A stretch of DNA of 63,922 nt, counting the filler, from Octopus bimaculoides (taxonomy: Eukaryota), in NCBI RefSeq assembly GCF_001194135.2. It is 5 parts of 5 records of this genome, joined end to end, with 100 filler letters (N's around TTAATTAATTAA, not from the genome) between each part and the next. Parts side by side here need not be neighbours in the genome. Positions count along the whole stretch, not along the records: positions 41,511 to 63,922 come from NC_068996.1; 4 more parts are not named here. The stretch is one strand, 5' to 3'. A model generated the notes under the pieces. It did no database searches, was not told the origin of the DNA, and was given only the letters and a program-made list of their open reading frames with translations. Position 1 is the first letter of the stretch. Each line of letters opens with the position of its first letter. Shown one piece after another: positions 49,981-63,485 of this stretch. Position numbers and translations under genes: made by a program.

Positions 49981-50592
49981 CTAATATATATATATTTACA
50001 AACATGTTAATATGTATATAATGAGAGAAGAAGAGGGAGAGAGAAAAAGATGCTTTTGAAAACAATGACTGAACCAAAAATGACATCTTGAATTGTAAAT
50101 AAATCTCAATGGGTTGACCACATCAATACAATATAGTTGAAAAGAAACCTCTTTCTCTCTGTCTCTCTTCCTTTTCTTTCCCTTTTTTGCTTGTCCTTNN
50201 NNNNNNNNNNNNNNNNNNNNNNNNNNNNNNNNNNNNNNNNNNNNNNNNNNNNNNNNNNNNNNNNNNNNNNNNNNNNNNNNNNNNNNNNNNNNNNNNNNNN
50301 NNNNNNNNNNNNNNNNNNNNNNNNNNNNNNNNNNNNNNNNNNNNNNNNNNNNNNNNNNNNNNNNNNNNNNNNNNNNNNNNNNNNNNNNNNNNNNNNNNNN
50401 NNNNNNNNNNNNNNNNNNNNNNNNNNNNNNNNNNNNNNNNNNNNNNNNNNNNNNNNNNNNNNNNNNNNNNNNNNNNNNNNNNNNNNNNNNNNNNNNNNNN
50501 NNNNNNNNNNNNNNNNNNNNNNNNNNNNNNNNNNNNNNNNNNNNNNNNNNNNNNNNNNNNNNNNNNNNNNNNNNNNNNNNNNNNNNNNNNNN

Positions 50593-50638
<46 letters not shown>

Positions 50639-51227
50639 CAACTACCAAACTGCTTATTCTACATAAACCCAACAACTACAAAACACACACATGTGCTGTT
50701 GAAGAATTACTGCCTTCCTTTCAGAAATCTTTGTTACTTACACCTATTCATTAAAAATTAAAGTACAAACAATTTAAACTGTATTAACCTCAATTATATA
50801 TCTTTGCTTTCAAATAATGTAAGGTAGGGCCATCCATTCGTTAACTAATGAATTAATTAAAGTTTGTTTTTAGTCATGTTTACAAGGGACTAAATGAATT
50901 TTTAATAACTGTTTCAACAAAACTCCCGAGTACATTACACTACTTGATTATATCATAAATAAATTGACACTTGAAACATTTTGTTGTTTTTATTCTCAGT
51001 CATGCAAATTTTAATAAGCATTCAACAGTAAATTTGTTCTTTTAGTCATTTTGTGAAGAAATTGAAAATCAGAACAGCTTAACTCATGTCTCAAACTTCA
51101 TTTGTCTGATTTAATATTTTTATACGTCTTCAGAAACTAAGTTCTTTTTCAATAAAGATTTTAACTATTTTAAGAAAAAGTACATCAATTGTTTGTAGTC
51201 ATTTCTGAGATGTGTTTTTTTATTATA

Positions 51228-52128
51228 TGAGGAGGTACCCAAAAGTAACTGGAAACATTCTCTGTGAGATAAGCCCATTGTAGTTCAGGCTTCCACTACT
51301 AGAAGCCACTTGATGTGATCCTCAGGCATCAGTATGCTGACCAGTGGTGTCAAGTGAAGTCATACTACTGCATGGTGCGTCCATTTTGCAGTGCTTCTCC
51401 CCTGTTCATCAATTTTTGTAATAACTGAAATGAAAGAACAGCATGTTCCGTGAAATTCTGTTTTCTACTGGAGAAAACAGTAGCTGAAACAGTTGTCATG
51501 CTTCAAACAGCTTACAAGGATGCTGCCATGAGCAAAACACAAGTTTACGAGTAGTTTTCACACTTTAGGAATGGTAACTTATCGCTTGAATATTAATGTC
51601 ATTCAGGGTATCCACCAACCTCTGAAACAAATGAAAACATCATGAAAATTCATGAATTGATCTTGTAGGACCATCACCGAACAATTGATGAACTTGTTGA
51701 TATGATTGGTGTGTCCTGGTGCTCCTGCCAATGAATTTTGAGAGAGAAATTCCAAATGAAAAGAGTTGCAGCAAAATTTGTGCCTTGCTTGCTCATGGAA
51801 GATCAAGAGCAGTCATGAGTGAATGTGTATCGTGAACTGAAAGAACAGTTTGAAGTTGATCCAGACCTTTTTTGAAGGTCATCACTGGTGATGAAAGCTG
51901 GTGCTATGGAATTTGCAGATGTGGAAGAGGTGAAGGAAAAGCAATGGAGGCATTAAATGGCATCACTTCACAAGAGTTTCAGCACTGTGCTTCGAATAGT
52001 GGAAAACATGTCTGTACCGACGTATTGCTTCAAATGGAAAATACTTTGAAGGCTATAAGTGTAAACATGTAGAACTAAGTGAATAAAATAATATTGCGAA
52101 ATTCCAGTTTCTTTTGGGTATCCCCTCG
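51228..52128 (+). mobile_element. Internally deleted mariner with both TIRs and TA target-site duplication
   Basis: TA|TGAGGAGGTACCCAAAAGTAACTGGAA ... TTCCAGTTTCTTTTGGGTATCCCCTCG|TA; KFVPCLL and KVITGDESWCY relics. Confidence 0.9.
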
Positions 52129-52338
52129 TATATATGAAACTTTACTTGTTCTTTCACATGATTAAATTGTTTATACATACACAGATAAACACACACATAT
52201 ATATCTGGGGATAGGGGTGGGTATTCAAGTTCAAACCTACTGTGTGGCACCTTGAGCAAGTAACTTCTGTTCAGCCTGAAGACAACCAAAGTCTTGTAAA
52301 TGGATTTGATTGGCAAAAACTAAAAGAATCGTCACAAA

Positions 52339-52371
<33 letters not shown>

Positions 52372-53000
52372 AAGAGAAATAGTGTGTGTGTGAGTGTGTG
52401 CATACGTGATTGTGTGAGTATGTGAGTGCCTCCTAGTCTTGACATTGTATGGTTGTTGTAAATGTGTGTCACTGTTATACGAGCAGTGTCCTTTCTAATA
52501 TTCTGCGAGAACACAATTGGCCATGAGGGAAATATTAGCTTTCTTGAAAACAGGTGACAGAAAGGGCATCTGGCTGTAGAAAATTTGCCTCAATGAACTT
52601 CATCAGATCCTTGGAAGCATGGAAAAATGGATGTAAAACAATAATGATCTTGATGATGTATATATACATATTAATCAGAATCAACATACACAGAATTCTT
52701 TGTTGTCTCTTTAGAATGTTGACTTCATAAGAAACAGAGATGAGCTGTTTTGAATTTGAATTATTTACCACTCACCTCCACTCAAGCACAGAAAATATAC
52801 AAACCACAAGCATCATATGCTGTAGAAATCAAGTGCATTCCATTTGTAGAATGAATGTTCTTGAAAGGCTTCTGAAGCAAAAGACTATGTATTACAGCTT
52901 ACCATGAGCTCAAAGTTGGGATATTTGGCAGCAATACAAGCATTTGAGACCTCATCATTGGTTGGTGAACAGAGAGCACTTCTGACAACCAACATTCCAA

Positions 53001-53851
53001 TAGGAGCATGCCAGGGTTTTAAGACTTTTTTTAGGAGAGGCAATCATAACTGTACTACATTATTGTAATTTTAGTATGTTATTACTACACATCTAATAAG
53101 CCGACCTGCCAACTTTAGTTATTCCAGACTGAAGGAGACAGATGTAACTGGACACACCCTAATAAACACTGCTTATCACAGCTGACTGGTTTGCAGAATG
53201 CAGTCAGAACACTTGGAAGCTTGCTATGCAAAAGAGTTTTGTTAAATTTGGCAAAAACACTACAGAATCTTATGAAATGCTCTAGGCACAAGAGGTTCGA
53301 GGGTTGTGGAGAGGAGGTGAGAGACAATGAGGTGTGTGGGAGGAGAAAGGATGTCAGAACATCAGAGCTGGTTGAGAAAATTTACAGTTTTCTGGCGGAA
53401 GACTGCCATGTGTCTATAAAGACAAAAACCATACAATTTGGTGTTTGTGTGGAAACTCTGCGCTAATTATTCATGAAGAGCTGAACAGACACAAAGTTTG
53501 GATGAGTTTTTCTCCCCAGAGTGTTCAGTGACAAGCATCTTGGTAAGCAAAATTTGAAAGAGATGAACATCAAAACTGTCCCTCATCTTCCCATTAGTTC
53601 AGATTTTCTCCCTCTGACTTTAGTTGTTCTCCAACCTGAAGGAGAAGTCATTTTGAAGATGGAGTCTGTGACAAGGGTCCTGGACACCTTCACTCTTGAG
53701 GACTTCTGTGGGGCCTTCACAAAGGGGCTGGGGTGCTACAACAAATGCACTGAAGTGAGATAATCCTACTTTGAAGGAGACTGGAGTTTTATACCACTTT
53801 GAAGTTAATATCTCTCTTGAAAAAGTCTGTAAACTTCTGGAATGTCTCTTA
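53001..53851 (+). mobile_element. Old mariner-type relic with degenerate TIRs
   Basis: TAGGAGCATGCCAGGGTTTTAAGACTTTTT matches the reverse complement of AAAAGTCTGTAAACTTCTGGAATGTCTCTTA; FVKFGKNTTESYEML relic. Confidence 0.65.
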
Positions 53852-54367
53852 TAATATTCAGATTTCTGTGCAAATGTGAGAGTTGTAGGCTTCAAGCTAT
53901 ATTACTGGACACATCTGTAAAGCTTTCTTGTCAGTTGGCCATGCATTTGCAACAGGAAGCCATTACAACTCAGAGTACAAAGCAAAACTGGGTAGAAGAA
54001 CATTGATGTTTTGTATGCAATTCCATCGCAATGGGTGGGAAGATTTACTTGTGGCAAGTTTCAAACTAAAGACCAACACAGAGACACAGCACAGGTAAAT
54101 GATGACCTTTCCCATGATTTAGCCATCATATAGTTTTTGAATCCAATGTTGGCAGATTTTATCAGTTGTAACTGTTTTCGTGATATTCTGTATCTTGCTG
54201 CAATAGACAAGCAACATGCTGTGAATCACTATTTTCTGTCCTTGCCTCTCTGATACGAACACAAAACAAAAAATAAATGCCAAAATCTAAAAATAATTGC
54301 TGTAAAAGAGTATTTTACTTCAGGCAAATATTGATTGACCACCCATTAGCTGTTACAATGCTAATGG

Positions 54368-55369
54368 GTGACCTCGCTCAGAGTAAAAGGCAGACTGTAT
54401 GACGAATGTGTACAAACAGCCATGCTACATGGCAGTGAAACATGGGCTGTGACTGCTGAGGACATGCGTAAGTTCACAAGGAATGAAGCCAGTATGCTCC
54501 GATGGATGTGTAATGTCAGTGTGCATACTCAACAGAGTATTAGTACCTTGAGAGAAAAGTTAGACCTAAGAAGCATCAGTTGTGGTGTGCAAGAGAGACG
54601 ACTGCACTGGTATGGTCATGTGGCGAGAATGGATGAGGATAGCTGCGTGAAAAAGTGCCACACCCTAGTGGTTGAGGGAACCTGTGGAAGACGTAGACCC
54701 AGGAAGACCTGGGATGAGGTGGTGAAGCACGACCTTCGAACATTAGGCCTCACCGAGGCAATGACTAGTGACCGGGACCTTTGGAAATATGCTGTGCTTG
54801 AGAAGACCTGGCAAGCCAAGTGAGATCGTAACCCTACTTATGTGTTACATTCCTTCATTGCACACTGAACTCTACTTGCAAAGACCTGTTGAGGCAAGTG
54901 AAATTGAAATCAAATCAAATTTGCAAATTCAATGACTGGCACCCATGACAGTGGAGTGCTAAGAGCACCATCCGAGCGTGATCGCTGCCAGTGGCAAGTT
55001 AAAAAGCACCATTCGAATGTGATCGTTACTAGCATCGCCTGACTGGCACATGTGCCAGTGACACGTGAAAAAATATTCGAGCGAGGTTGTTGCCAGCACC
55101 GCTAGACTGGCTCCTGTGCAGGTGGCATGTAAAAAACACCACCTGAGCGTGGCTGTCGACAGTACTGCCTGACTGGTCCTTGTGCTGGTGGTACGTAAAA
55201 GCACCCACTACACTCTCGGAGTGGTTGGCGTTAGGAAGGGCATCCAGCTGTAGAAACTCTGTCAGATCAGATTGGAGCCTGGTGTTGCCATCCGGTTTCA
55301 CCAGTCCTCAGTCAAACCGTCCAACCCATGCTAGCATGGAAAGCAGACGTTAAACGATGATGATGATGA
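54368..55369 (+). mobile_element. 5'-truncated RTE LINE with 3'UTR and (GAT)n tail
   Basis: KGRLYDECVQTAMLHGSETW..QERRLHWYGHVARM..RPRKTW; tail GATGATGATGATGA. Confidence 0.92.
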
Positions 55370-55793
55370 GCATGATAATGCATAACACACTACAAAATAC
55401 TAAATGGATATATATATATGAATGCTATGTAAGCGATCAACATGATAACAGGCCAAAAATTAACAAAGGGAATTGCAGGAACAGTACACTCTGTGAAGTG
55501 GGTGACATTAGGAAAGGCATCCAGCCATAGTAACCATACCAAAGCAGACAATAGAGCTTGGAACAGCCTTATGGTGTGCCAATTCCAGTCAAACTGCTCA
55601 ACCCATGCTTGCATGGAGAATGGATGTTATGACCACAAGGACTCAATGGAAGGTACTGGGGCCTGAACACATTAATGTCTTTAAGTCTGAAAGAAAAACT
55701 GCTATTTATTTACACAGTGTAACTTTCCAGCATACCAGTTCCAGTCAAACCATCTGACCCATGCCAGCATGGAAAGCAAACATTAGATGATAA

Positions 55794-55841
<48 letters not shown>

Positions 55842-55864
55842 CTATATATATATATATATATATA

Positions 55865-57115
55865 TCATCATCATCATCGTTTAACGTCCGCTTTCCATGC
55901 TAGCATGGGTTGGATGATTTGACTGAGGACTGGTGAACCAGATGGCTACACCAGGCTCCAATCTGATCTGGCAGAGTTTCTACAGCTGGATGCCCTTCCA
56001 AACGCCAACCCCTCAGAGAGTGTAGTGGGTGCTTTTACGTGCCACCGGCATGAGAGCCAGTCATGTGGTACTAGCAACGGCCACACTCAAAATGCTGTTT
56101 TTTACATGTCACCTGCACAGGAGCCAGTCCAGCGGCACTGGCAACGACCTCGCTCGAATGACTTTCTAACGTGCCAGTAAGGCAATGCTGTTAATGATCA
56201 CGCTCAAATGGTGCTATTTACGTGCCACTAGCACAGAAGCCAGACAGTTGCTCTGGCAATGATCACGCTCAGACAGTGCTGTTAGTGCTCCACTGGCACA
56301 GGTGCCAGTCATCAAATATGGTTCAATTACGATTTCGATTTCACTTGCCTCAACAGGTCTTCGCAACCAGAGTTTTTAGTGTCCAATGAAGTAAAGATAC
56401 AAATAAGTGAGCTGGCTACACTTCTGGCAGAGGCCACAGATTATGCTCTCACTTGCCTTGCTGGGTCTNNNNNNNNNNCTGGGCCTACCTCTTCCACAGG
56501 TTCCCTCAACCGCTAGGGTGTGGCACTTTTTCACGCAGCTATCCTCATCCATTCTCACCACATGTCCATACCAGTGCAATCGTCTCTCTTGCACACCACA
56601 ACTGATGCTTCTTAAGTTCAACTTTTCTCTCAAGGTACTTACACTCTGTCAAGTATGCACACTGACATTACACATCCATCGGAACATACTGGCTTCATTC
56701 CTTGTGAGCTTACGCATGTCCTCAGTAGTCACAGCCCATGTAGCACGGCTGTTCGTACACATGCATCATACAGTCTGCCTTTCATCACCAGCAGAGGTAA
56801 GAGCTCTCTAAACTTTGCCCAGGCTATTCTTATTCTAGCAGCTACACTTTCAGTGCGCCCTCCCCCGCTACAAACTTGGTCACCTAGATAACAGAAGCTA
56901 TCAACTACTTCTAGTTTTTCTCCCTGGAATGTGGCAAAGGTTGTTTTCTGCACATTTTCAGTGTTTATTGTTCCTGAGCATCTATTGCACACAAAAACTA
57001 TCTTGCTAGCTAACCTTCCTTTGATATTGCTGCACCTCTTATGTGTCCAAAGCTTACACTGAGTACATCTTATGGAGTTTCTACCTACGCCTTTTCTACA
57101 GATCGAGCAGGGCCA
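55865..57115 (-). mobile_element. 5'-truncated RTE LINE, same family, opposite orientation
   Basis: (TCA)n tail at 55865; LEVVDSFCYLGD, RIRIAWAKFRELLPLL, QERRLHWYGHVVRM. Confidence 0.92.
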
Positions 57116-59593
57116 TCTACCTGAAGGGATTTGTGTTTTGTCTACCTTCCAACTTATTAGGACTTTGGTTTAACTAGGTTGACTCTAAGGCTCTTCGATT
57201 ATCTATATCTATATATATATAAATATATAAAAAGTTATTTAGCCATTGACACATGCACCAATACAGCTGAGATCATTCACTGATATCTGCATAGATGCCA
57301 ACTCACCTGAGACCACTGCTTCTGGTCTGACAATACAAACTTCCTTTTGTAAAGTGATATCAATTAAAACCTTCCATCAAAATTTGTTCATTTATGTTCC
57401 AAAGACCATTTTCAAAATTACTAACTTATTCCACATTATTTTCAAAATTAATTGAAAAAATGGCAATGTTTTTCTACAAATGTATGGTAACAAAAGGGTT
57501 AAAGTGATCTAAATTAAAACCTTCCATCAAAATTTCTTGTTAATTTGCTTCAAACATCAGATTAATAATGACAGAATTATTTTACCAAATTCTTCATTAT
57601 TTTCAAAGGTGTTGTATTTCAACCAACATATGATAACAAACGGTCTAAAGTGGATAGGTGGATCAAGACACACTTGCCCAACTCTGAAAGTCTGCATTAC
57701 CTCCAACAGCCCTCAATCCTCATCATCTATAACACCTTCTACTGTGAAAAACCAGATTTAGTTGAAGGCCTTTTTATAATCAAGATATGGTTAGTCAATA
57801 ATCAAGAATGGGGCTTGCTAAAACTAGGCCGAAACAGCTGTAAGATTAAACCTCTGTTCATCCTCTACTTCCTTATGTACTTTGTACTTCTATATGTAAA
57901 CCATGTTGGCAAAATAACATAGTCTGCCGTAGACACCTGTGCTTTGGTTCTTTCTTTCTTTTTCTTTTCTCCCCTTTTTTTGTCACTTTTGCTATGAATT
58001 AAATTAATAAGTTCTACACAGAGGACAACTGGCAGTTTCTGAGACAATGTGTTGAAGACTACAGACCAGATCCTGAGGTCAAACGATGAAGAAAGCATGG
58101 TACTGTAGATAGAGTTAAGACAACAACCTGGAAAGACTGAAAGAAAGGAGGTGGAAGAGAACTAGCAGAGAATAAGTTATTAATAGAAATACCAAACCAG
58201 AGGAGAAGCTGAAAGTAAAAGATTTAACCAATGTTCTGCAGTGCAAGGATTATAAGTACGAGGTACTCTGAATTGCAAGGCAGTGAATCAGAAAGAATCA
58301 AGATATTGTAGTGGAGAGGAGGAACTTTGTAGGGAATGATAATGGCATTCTTGTTCATATTGACATTAAAAAGAAAGAGACACGAAAGTGATACTATGAA
58401 AGACTGTTAAATAATAAGAATGATTAAAAGTGGGGTTTCTTTTGGGGTTTGTTTTTTTTTTTGTCAGATAGAGTCAACAGAGGGATAAGCCATTCAAGAT
58501 GACAGCAATGCAGTTGCAAGCACAATTAAGGATAAGAAAGTAGGGACAGCAGCTGGTCCCTCAATAGATGCTCAGGAATAGTTAGTAATGAAAATTTATG
58601 CAAAATAACTTTTGTCACATCTTCTGAAGGATAACTAGAAGACATTGATAGCAGTTGCTAACTGTTGAGATGAGTCTACCAAAAGCATAGCAACCAAAGC
58701 CATACTGACTTCAAATCTTTTAAAGTCTGCTAGCCATTTTATCAATCCCTATTTGTTAAACTGCCAGGTGAAACAGCATAAATGTAAACACAGAAACACA
58801 CACAACAGATTTCCATATGCTAGTCTGACCCATGCAAGCATGGAAAAGTGGACATTAAAACAATGATGCTGCTGATGATGATGATGATTTACATTTACTG
58901 AATTTTACTTACAAGGTATTGGTTGACCAAAGAATCAGGTAGAAAACACTTGGCCAGGGCGCCACAATGAGACTGAACCTGGAACCATGAGGTCGCAAAA
59001 TAAACTTTTTAACCACACAACCATGCCTGTATCTATTGCATCAAGAATTGAACCCAATCTCCAGATTCATGTGAAATCCCAGTTTAGCAACCCAACCACA
59101 CACACACACACACGTCCGTATGTCTTTGGATCTCCTTATCTTGACAATGCATGATGCTTGTAAACAAGTGTCGTCATCATCATCATATGAGCTGAAACTT
59201 TCATTTCCAATCTTCTGTGAAAAAACATATCCAGTAAAATTATTACCTGACACAGAAGCAGGTAAGAGTTGGTGACAGGAAGGGCATCCAGCTGTTGAAA
59301 ATATGCCTCAATCAATTCTGTACAACCCAAGTGGGCATTGGAAAATGGATATTAAAATGATGATGATGAAGAGATGTGTTTTTACAGTACTTAAGATCTG
59401 AAGACATAATAAAAATTCATTGAAGAAGTATCTAATTTAGGCAAAAGTTAAATTCCTAGAAGTAAAATTTAAAGGGTGTTTGATGAAAATTTGGCCGAAA
59501 CATTATGCAGAATGAATGACTACACAGCTTCTTTAGGTAAGCAAAAAAACAATGTTTGGCCACAGAATTTCAACTCATAAAACAAAATATGTC

Positions 59594-60550
59594 AACCACT
59601 AAACCAATAAATGAAAGAAAAGAAATTTATATATATATATTTCTCGTCTACGTTTTGTTTGCAATGTCCTGTACCGAGATATGCACCTATACATACAGGT
59701 GGATGTCGGTATGCACATACCTGTACGTATATATGCATATACTCATTTACTATTTGTTTTTACATGACCGAACGCAGCGTCACCAATCTGTAAGTAGTTT
59801 TCGCAACTTTATATTTTCCGACGCTACTCTATCTCTTTCTCTTCAATTTTTCCCCCTCTGTTAACTACTACGTATCTCTCTTTACCCCTCTCGTTCTTCC
59901 TCTGTTACTACTACGTATCTCCTTTTCACCCCTCGTACTTCCTCTCTTTGCTCACCTATTCTTCTACTGCCTCCCTTTGTTTCTCCCTCTTCCTCTTACA
60001 CCAGCATGGTCACATGCTTCCGGTCAATAATCCTTTTCTTCCTTGGCTATCGCCGNNNNNNNNNNNNNNNNNNNNNNNNNNNNNNNNNNNNNNNNNNNNN
60101 NNNNNNNNNNNNNNNNNNNNNNNNNNNNNNNNNNNNNNNNNNNNNNNNNNNNNNNNNNNNNNNNNNNNNNNNNNNNNNNNNNNNNNNNNNNNNNNNNNNN
60201 NNNNNNNNNNNNNNNNNNNNNNNNNNNNNNNNNNNNNNNNNNNNNNNNNNNNNNNNNNNNNNNNNNNNNNNNNNNNNNNNNNNNNNNNNNNNNNNTTAAT
60301 TTGTGTATACAAATTTAATTTGCGGTCCATGGTAAGAGCCGTTTTAGCGATGCGTCCTGCCCAGCTCTTCGAAACGCTGGTGTTAAAACGGGGGTAGCTG
60401 ATGAAGAAGAATGTTCTCTATGTGGCTTGTGTGTTTTCTCGTCTACGTTTTGTTTGCAATGTCCTGTACCCAGATATGCACCTATACATACAGGTGGATG
60501 TCGGTATGCACATACCTGTACATATATATGCATATACTCATTTACTATTT

Positions 60551-60592
<42 letters not shown>

Positions 60593-60698
60593 CAACTACC
60601 AAACTGCTTATTCTACATAAACCCAACAACCACAAAACACACACATGTGCTGTTGAAGAATTACTGCCTTCCTTTCAGAAACCACTAAACCAATAAAT
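59594..60698. mobile_element. ~1.1-kb composite insertion flanked by a 19-bp direct repeat
   Basis: AACCACTAAACCAATAAAT at 59594 and 60680; internal ~117-bp direct repeat (59641 and 60437); about 95 bp near-identical to 50634-50728. Confidence 0.6.
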
Positions 60699-61409
60699 AA
60701 AATTTAAAAAAAAAAATTTGGAAGTGTTAAATTTATTGGTGCAGATAAATCCAATACAAGTGGTAAAATATTTTCAAAAGTATCAATTTTCTCCTTTTTT
60801 TTCCCCCTGTAATTACTAAGACAAAAAATATGGCAAGTAAAGATATAGAAAAGTTCATTTGGCAGAAGATTGGAATACATTAGTATGGAGAGATCTACAA
60901 TATCATAGTTTTTGTTTCTTTATGTCAGTCCCCAGGAGTTCTTTTCTTTTTTCTTCTTGATAACTAGTGCTTCAATTGGATTCAATAATAACAGTACTTT
61001 AGAAAGAAACATGTATCTGAGTAATAAACAAGTTCATAAAAAAATTATAAAAAGTGTACAATATCTGGCACATTTTGGATGAGAACAGACAATGATTTGA
61101 GTGAAATAGAAATATTTTCCTTCAGGAAATGTGAAAATGCATTTGTCCAAGAATATCAGTAGCAACAGCAGTAAAAATTTCATGATTGGGTGTATAATTG
61201 ATTAAAATCAATTATACTAATGAAAATAAATTTCCTGCTTAAGCCAGGTATTTCTAGGAGAGTGGAATGGGATTACATGTCCAAGCCTCCTTCAATTTGT
61301 TGTAATTGAGATTTCAAACATGGTCATAGATTCAACTTACCAAGAGCAGTGGCCATACATTGTCATAATAATCCCAATAGCAATGTATACGATCCAATAA
61401 ACATAATTA

Positions 61410-61760
61410 GGTGTGGCTGTGCGGCAAGAAACTTGCTTCCCAGCCACATGGTTCTGGGTTCAGTCCCACTGCATGGCACCTTGGGCAAGTGTCTTCTATT
61501 ATAGCCTCAAGCTGACCAAAGAAGCCTGTTGTATATATATATATATTTGTGGGTTTGTTTGTCCCCCACCACAACTACCACCATTGCTTGACAACTGATG
61601 TTGGTATGTTTACGTCCCCGTAACTTAGCGGTTCAGCACAGAAAGCCGATAGAATAAGTACTAGACTTACAAAGACTAAGTCCTGGGGACGATTTGTTCA
61701 CTTAAAGGCGGTGCTCTAGCATAGTCGCAGTCAAATGACTGAAACAAGTAAAAGAATATA
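61410..61760 (+). mobile_element. Near full-length tRNA-derived SINE
   Basis: GGTGTGGCTGTGCGG...GGTTCTGGGTTCAGTCCC...GCAGTCAAATGACTGAAACAAGTAAAAG. Confidence 0.85.
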
Positions 61761-63116
61761 TTAGCCTATATAACTGACAATAGAACCTTATTCGCTAAAT
61801 CAACTGAGATTATTTGCTTTAAATTATCTCATTAGTCATAAAATTTAATTATAACGAAAGGCTTAATTTTCTTATTTTCTATAAAATATGTTTTACCTAC
61901 AATTGATACCAAATAACAATGTAAGGTTTCTTTTCACATGAAGCCAAAATTAATCAAAGACCTGAGATGAAATAATTAAAGTATTTTTTCTTAACATAAC
62001 TTACTACAATTGATACAACAATAATTTATCACACCTGTTCTTTTTCATTTTCCTTTCTTTTTTTATTCAAAGCAGATATATTGTTTGCCCCACTCTTCAA
62101 TATATTCAATGGAGTATTTTTATTCAAATTGGAAATGTGAATGCTTAACACAATTGATATTACAAATTAGATGTCTTGTTGCTAACTTTTCAACACTTAT
62201 GTACATGCAGAATCTGCCAGTTAGCAAATCAGGTTTCTAAACATTTTCAGTTTTCAATTTAGTTTAAAAATTGTCCCCCATTTCATTAAATGTTAAAATA
62301 TTCAACATAAAATAACCAAACAAAAAAAGACAATTTATAACAATTAATTGATCACTTGCAAAAACAATTTCTTTACTTTGTCATGGACATGCACACAAGC
62401 TAGAATGTTGCAACTGCATAAATTCTGGTGTATATAGATGCAAATGCATCATCACCTGTAACTGAATTCTTGGTAAACACGAGTGAGAGATAGAGAAAGA
62501 GCGAATGTGTGTGTGCACACGCATGCATGTAGTGATGGTGGGAGTCGAAGATGGGGGAAAAGTAATATTGATAATGACTTTAATACAGTCTTAGAAATCT
62601 GAGACTGTTTTCATTTATTGCAATTTCCGTGAAACTAATGAAAATGCTGCCAGCACACAGTAAATTTCATAAATGTCAAAGATTCTATTAAATTACAGAT
62701 TTTATTAAATGTTAAAAAAGACTAATATATATCTAAAAAAACAATGTATCAACTATTTTCCTAACATCATTTCATTTAAACAATTTGAATAATAGTTCTT
62801 TTTGAAATGATTTTTAAAGATCAACTTAAAAATGTTATTATATATATATGTATATATATATATATATATATCTATGAAAGAGTTCTTTCACACGTCTGAA
62901 CAGAGTAAACAAACAAAAAAAAAAATGCACTTGAAATAATTCTGCTTTCCATTTATTTTTCACACGACAAAAATGGTAAGAACATTCAGCTAGCTCTTAA
63001 TTGGAAGTCCAAAAGCCTGAAAAAGAAGAAAATAAATAAATCATAATCATTTAAATAAAAGTAAGTAAACAATTTTGTCTCTCTTTTTACGTCTGTTTAC
63101 ATATTTGAGATAGATT

Positions 63117-63485
63117 TTATTCCCTCCACCTTAGCGAAGGCGGAGGGATTGTTTTCAGTCGTGTTTGTTTGTCCGTGGACAAGATATCTGAAGAACTGCT
63201 GGATGGATTCGGATGAAATTTTCAGGGATGTTTGGCCTCATGACTGGCACGAAGTGATTAGACTTTGAGATTGATTCACTACCAGACAAGGATTCTGGAT
63301 TATTTTCCATGTTTTTTTACTTAATTTTTGAGAGAGGACTGGTTCATTTTTAGTATTCTCGTTTGTGAGAGCAGTCAAGTTTATTTCAGATATTCTCATT
63401 TTAAAAATCATCTCTAGCTAATCATTGAGAGGACATTGGTGTTGCCTTGGTGGAGGTTTGCGCTCTCTAAGTGCTCTTGTTAGTA
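63117..63485 (+). mobile_element. Non-autonomous Helentron-associated element
   Basis: 5' CCCTCCACCTTAGCGAAGGCGGAGGG hairpin; 3' CCTTGGTGGAGGTTTGCGCTCTCTAAGTGCTCTTGTTAG, similar to the terminus at 26205-26245. Confidence 0.7.

Noticed and set aside
53940-54095. Plus-strand open exon-like block ending CAG|GTAAAT
   Set aside because: No partner exons or homology; an overlapping minus-strand candidate is equally plausible, so neither is supported
55290-55315. CTGAGGA-CTGGT-GAAA-CCGG in RTE tails (also at about 31558 and 55922) as a hammerhead
   Set aside because: No stem II, no stem I and no properly placed NUH; treated as coincidence
2396-60330. Many long ORFs made of X runs or YI/CV/HT/poly-D,H,M repeats
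   Set aside because: They are translations of N gaps and microsatellites, not genes
61341-61410. Minus-strand GTAAGT donor with a hydrophobic reading frame upstream
   Set aside because: The only available acceptor falls inside a SINE; no homology recognised
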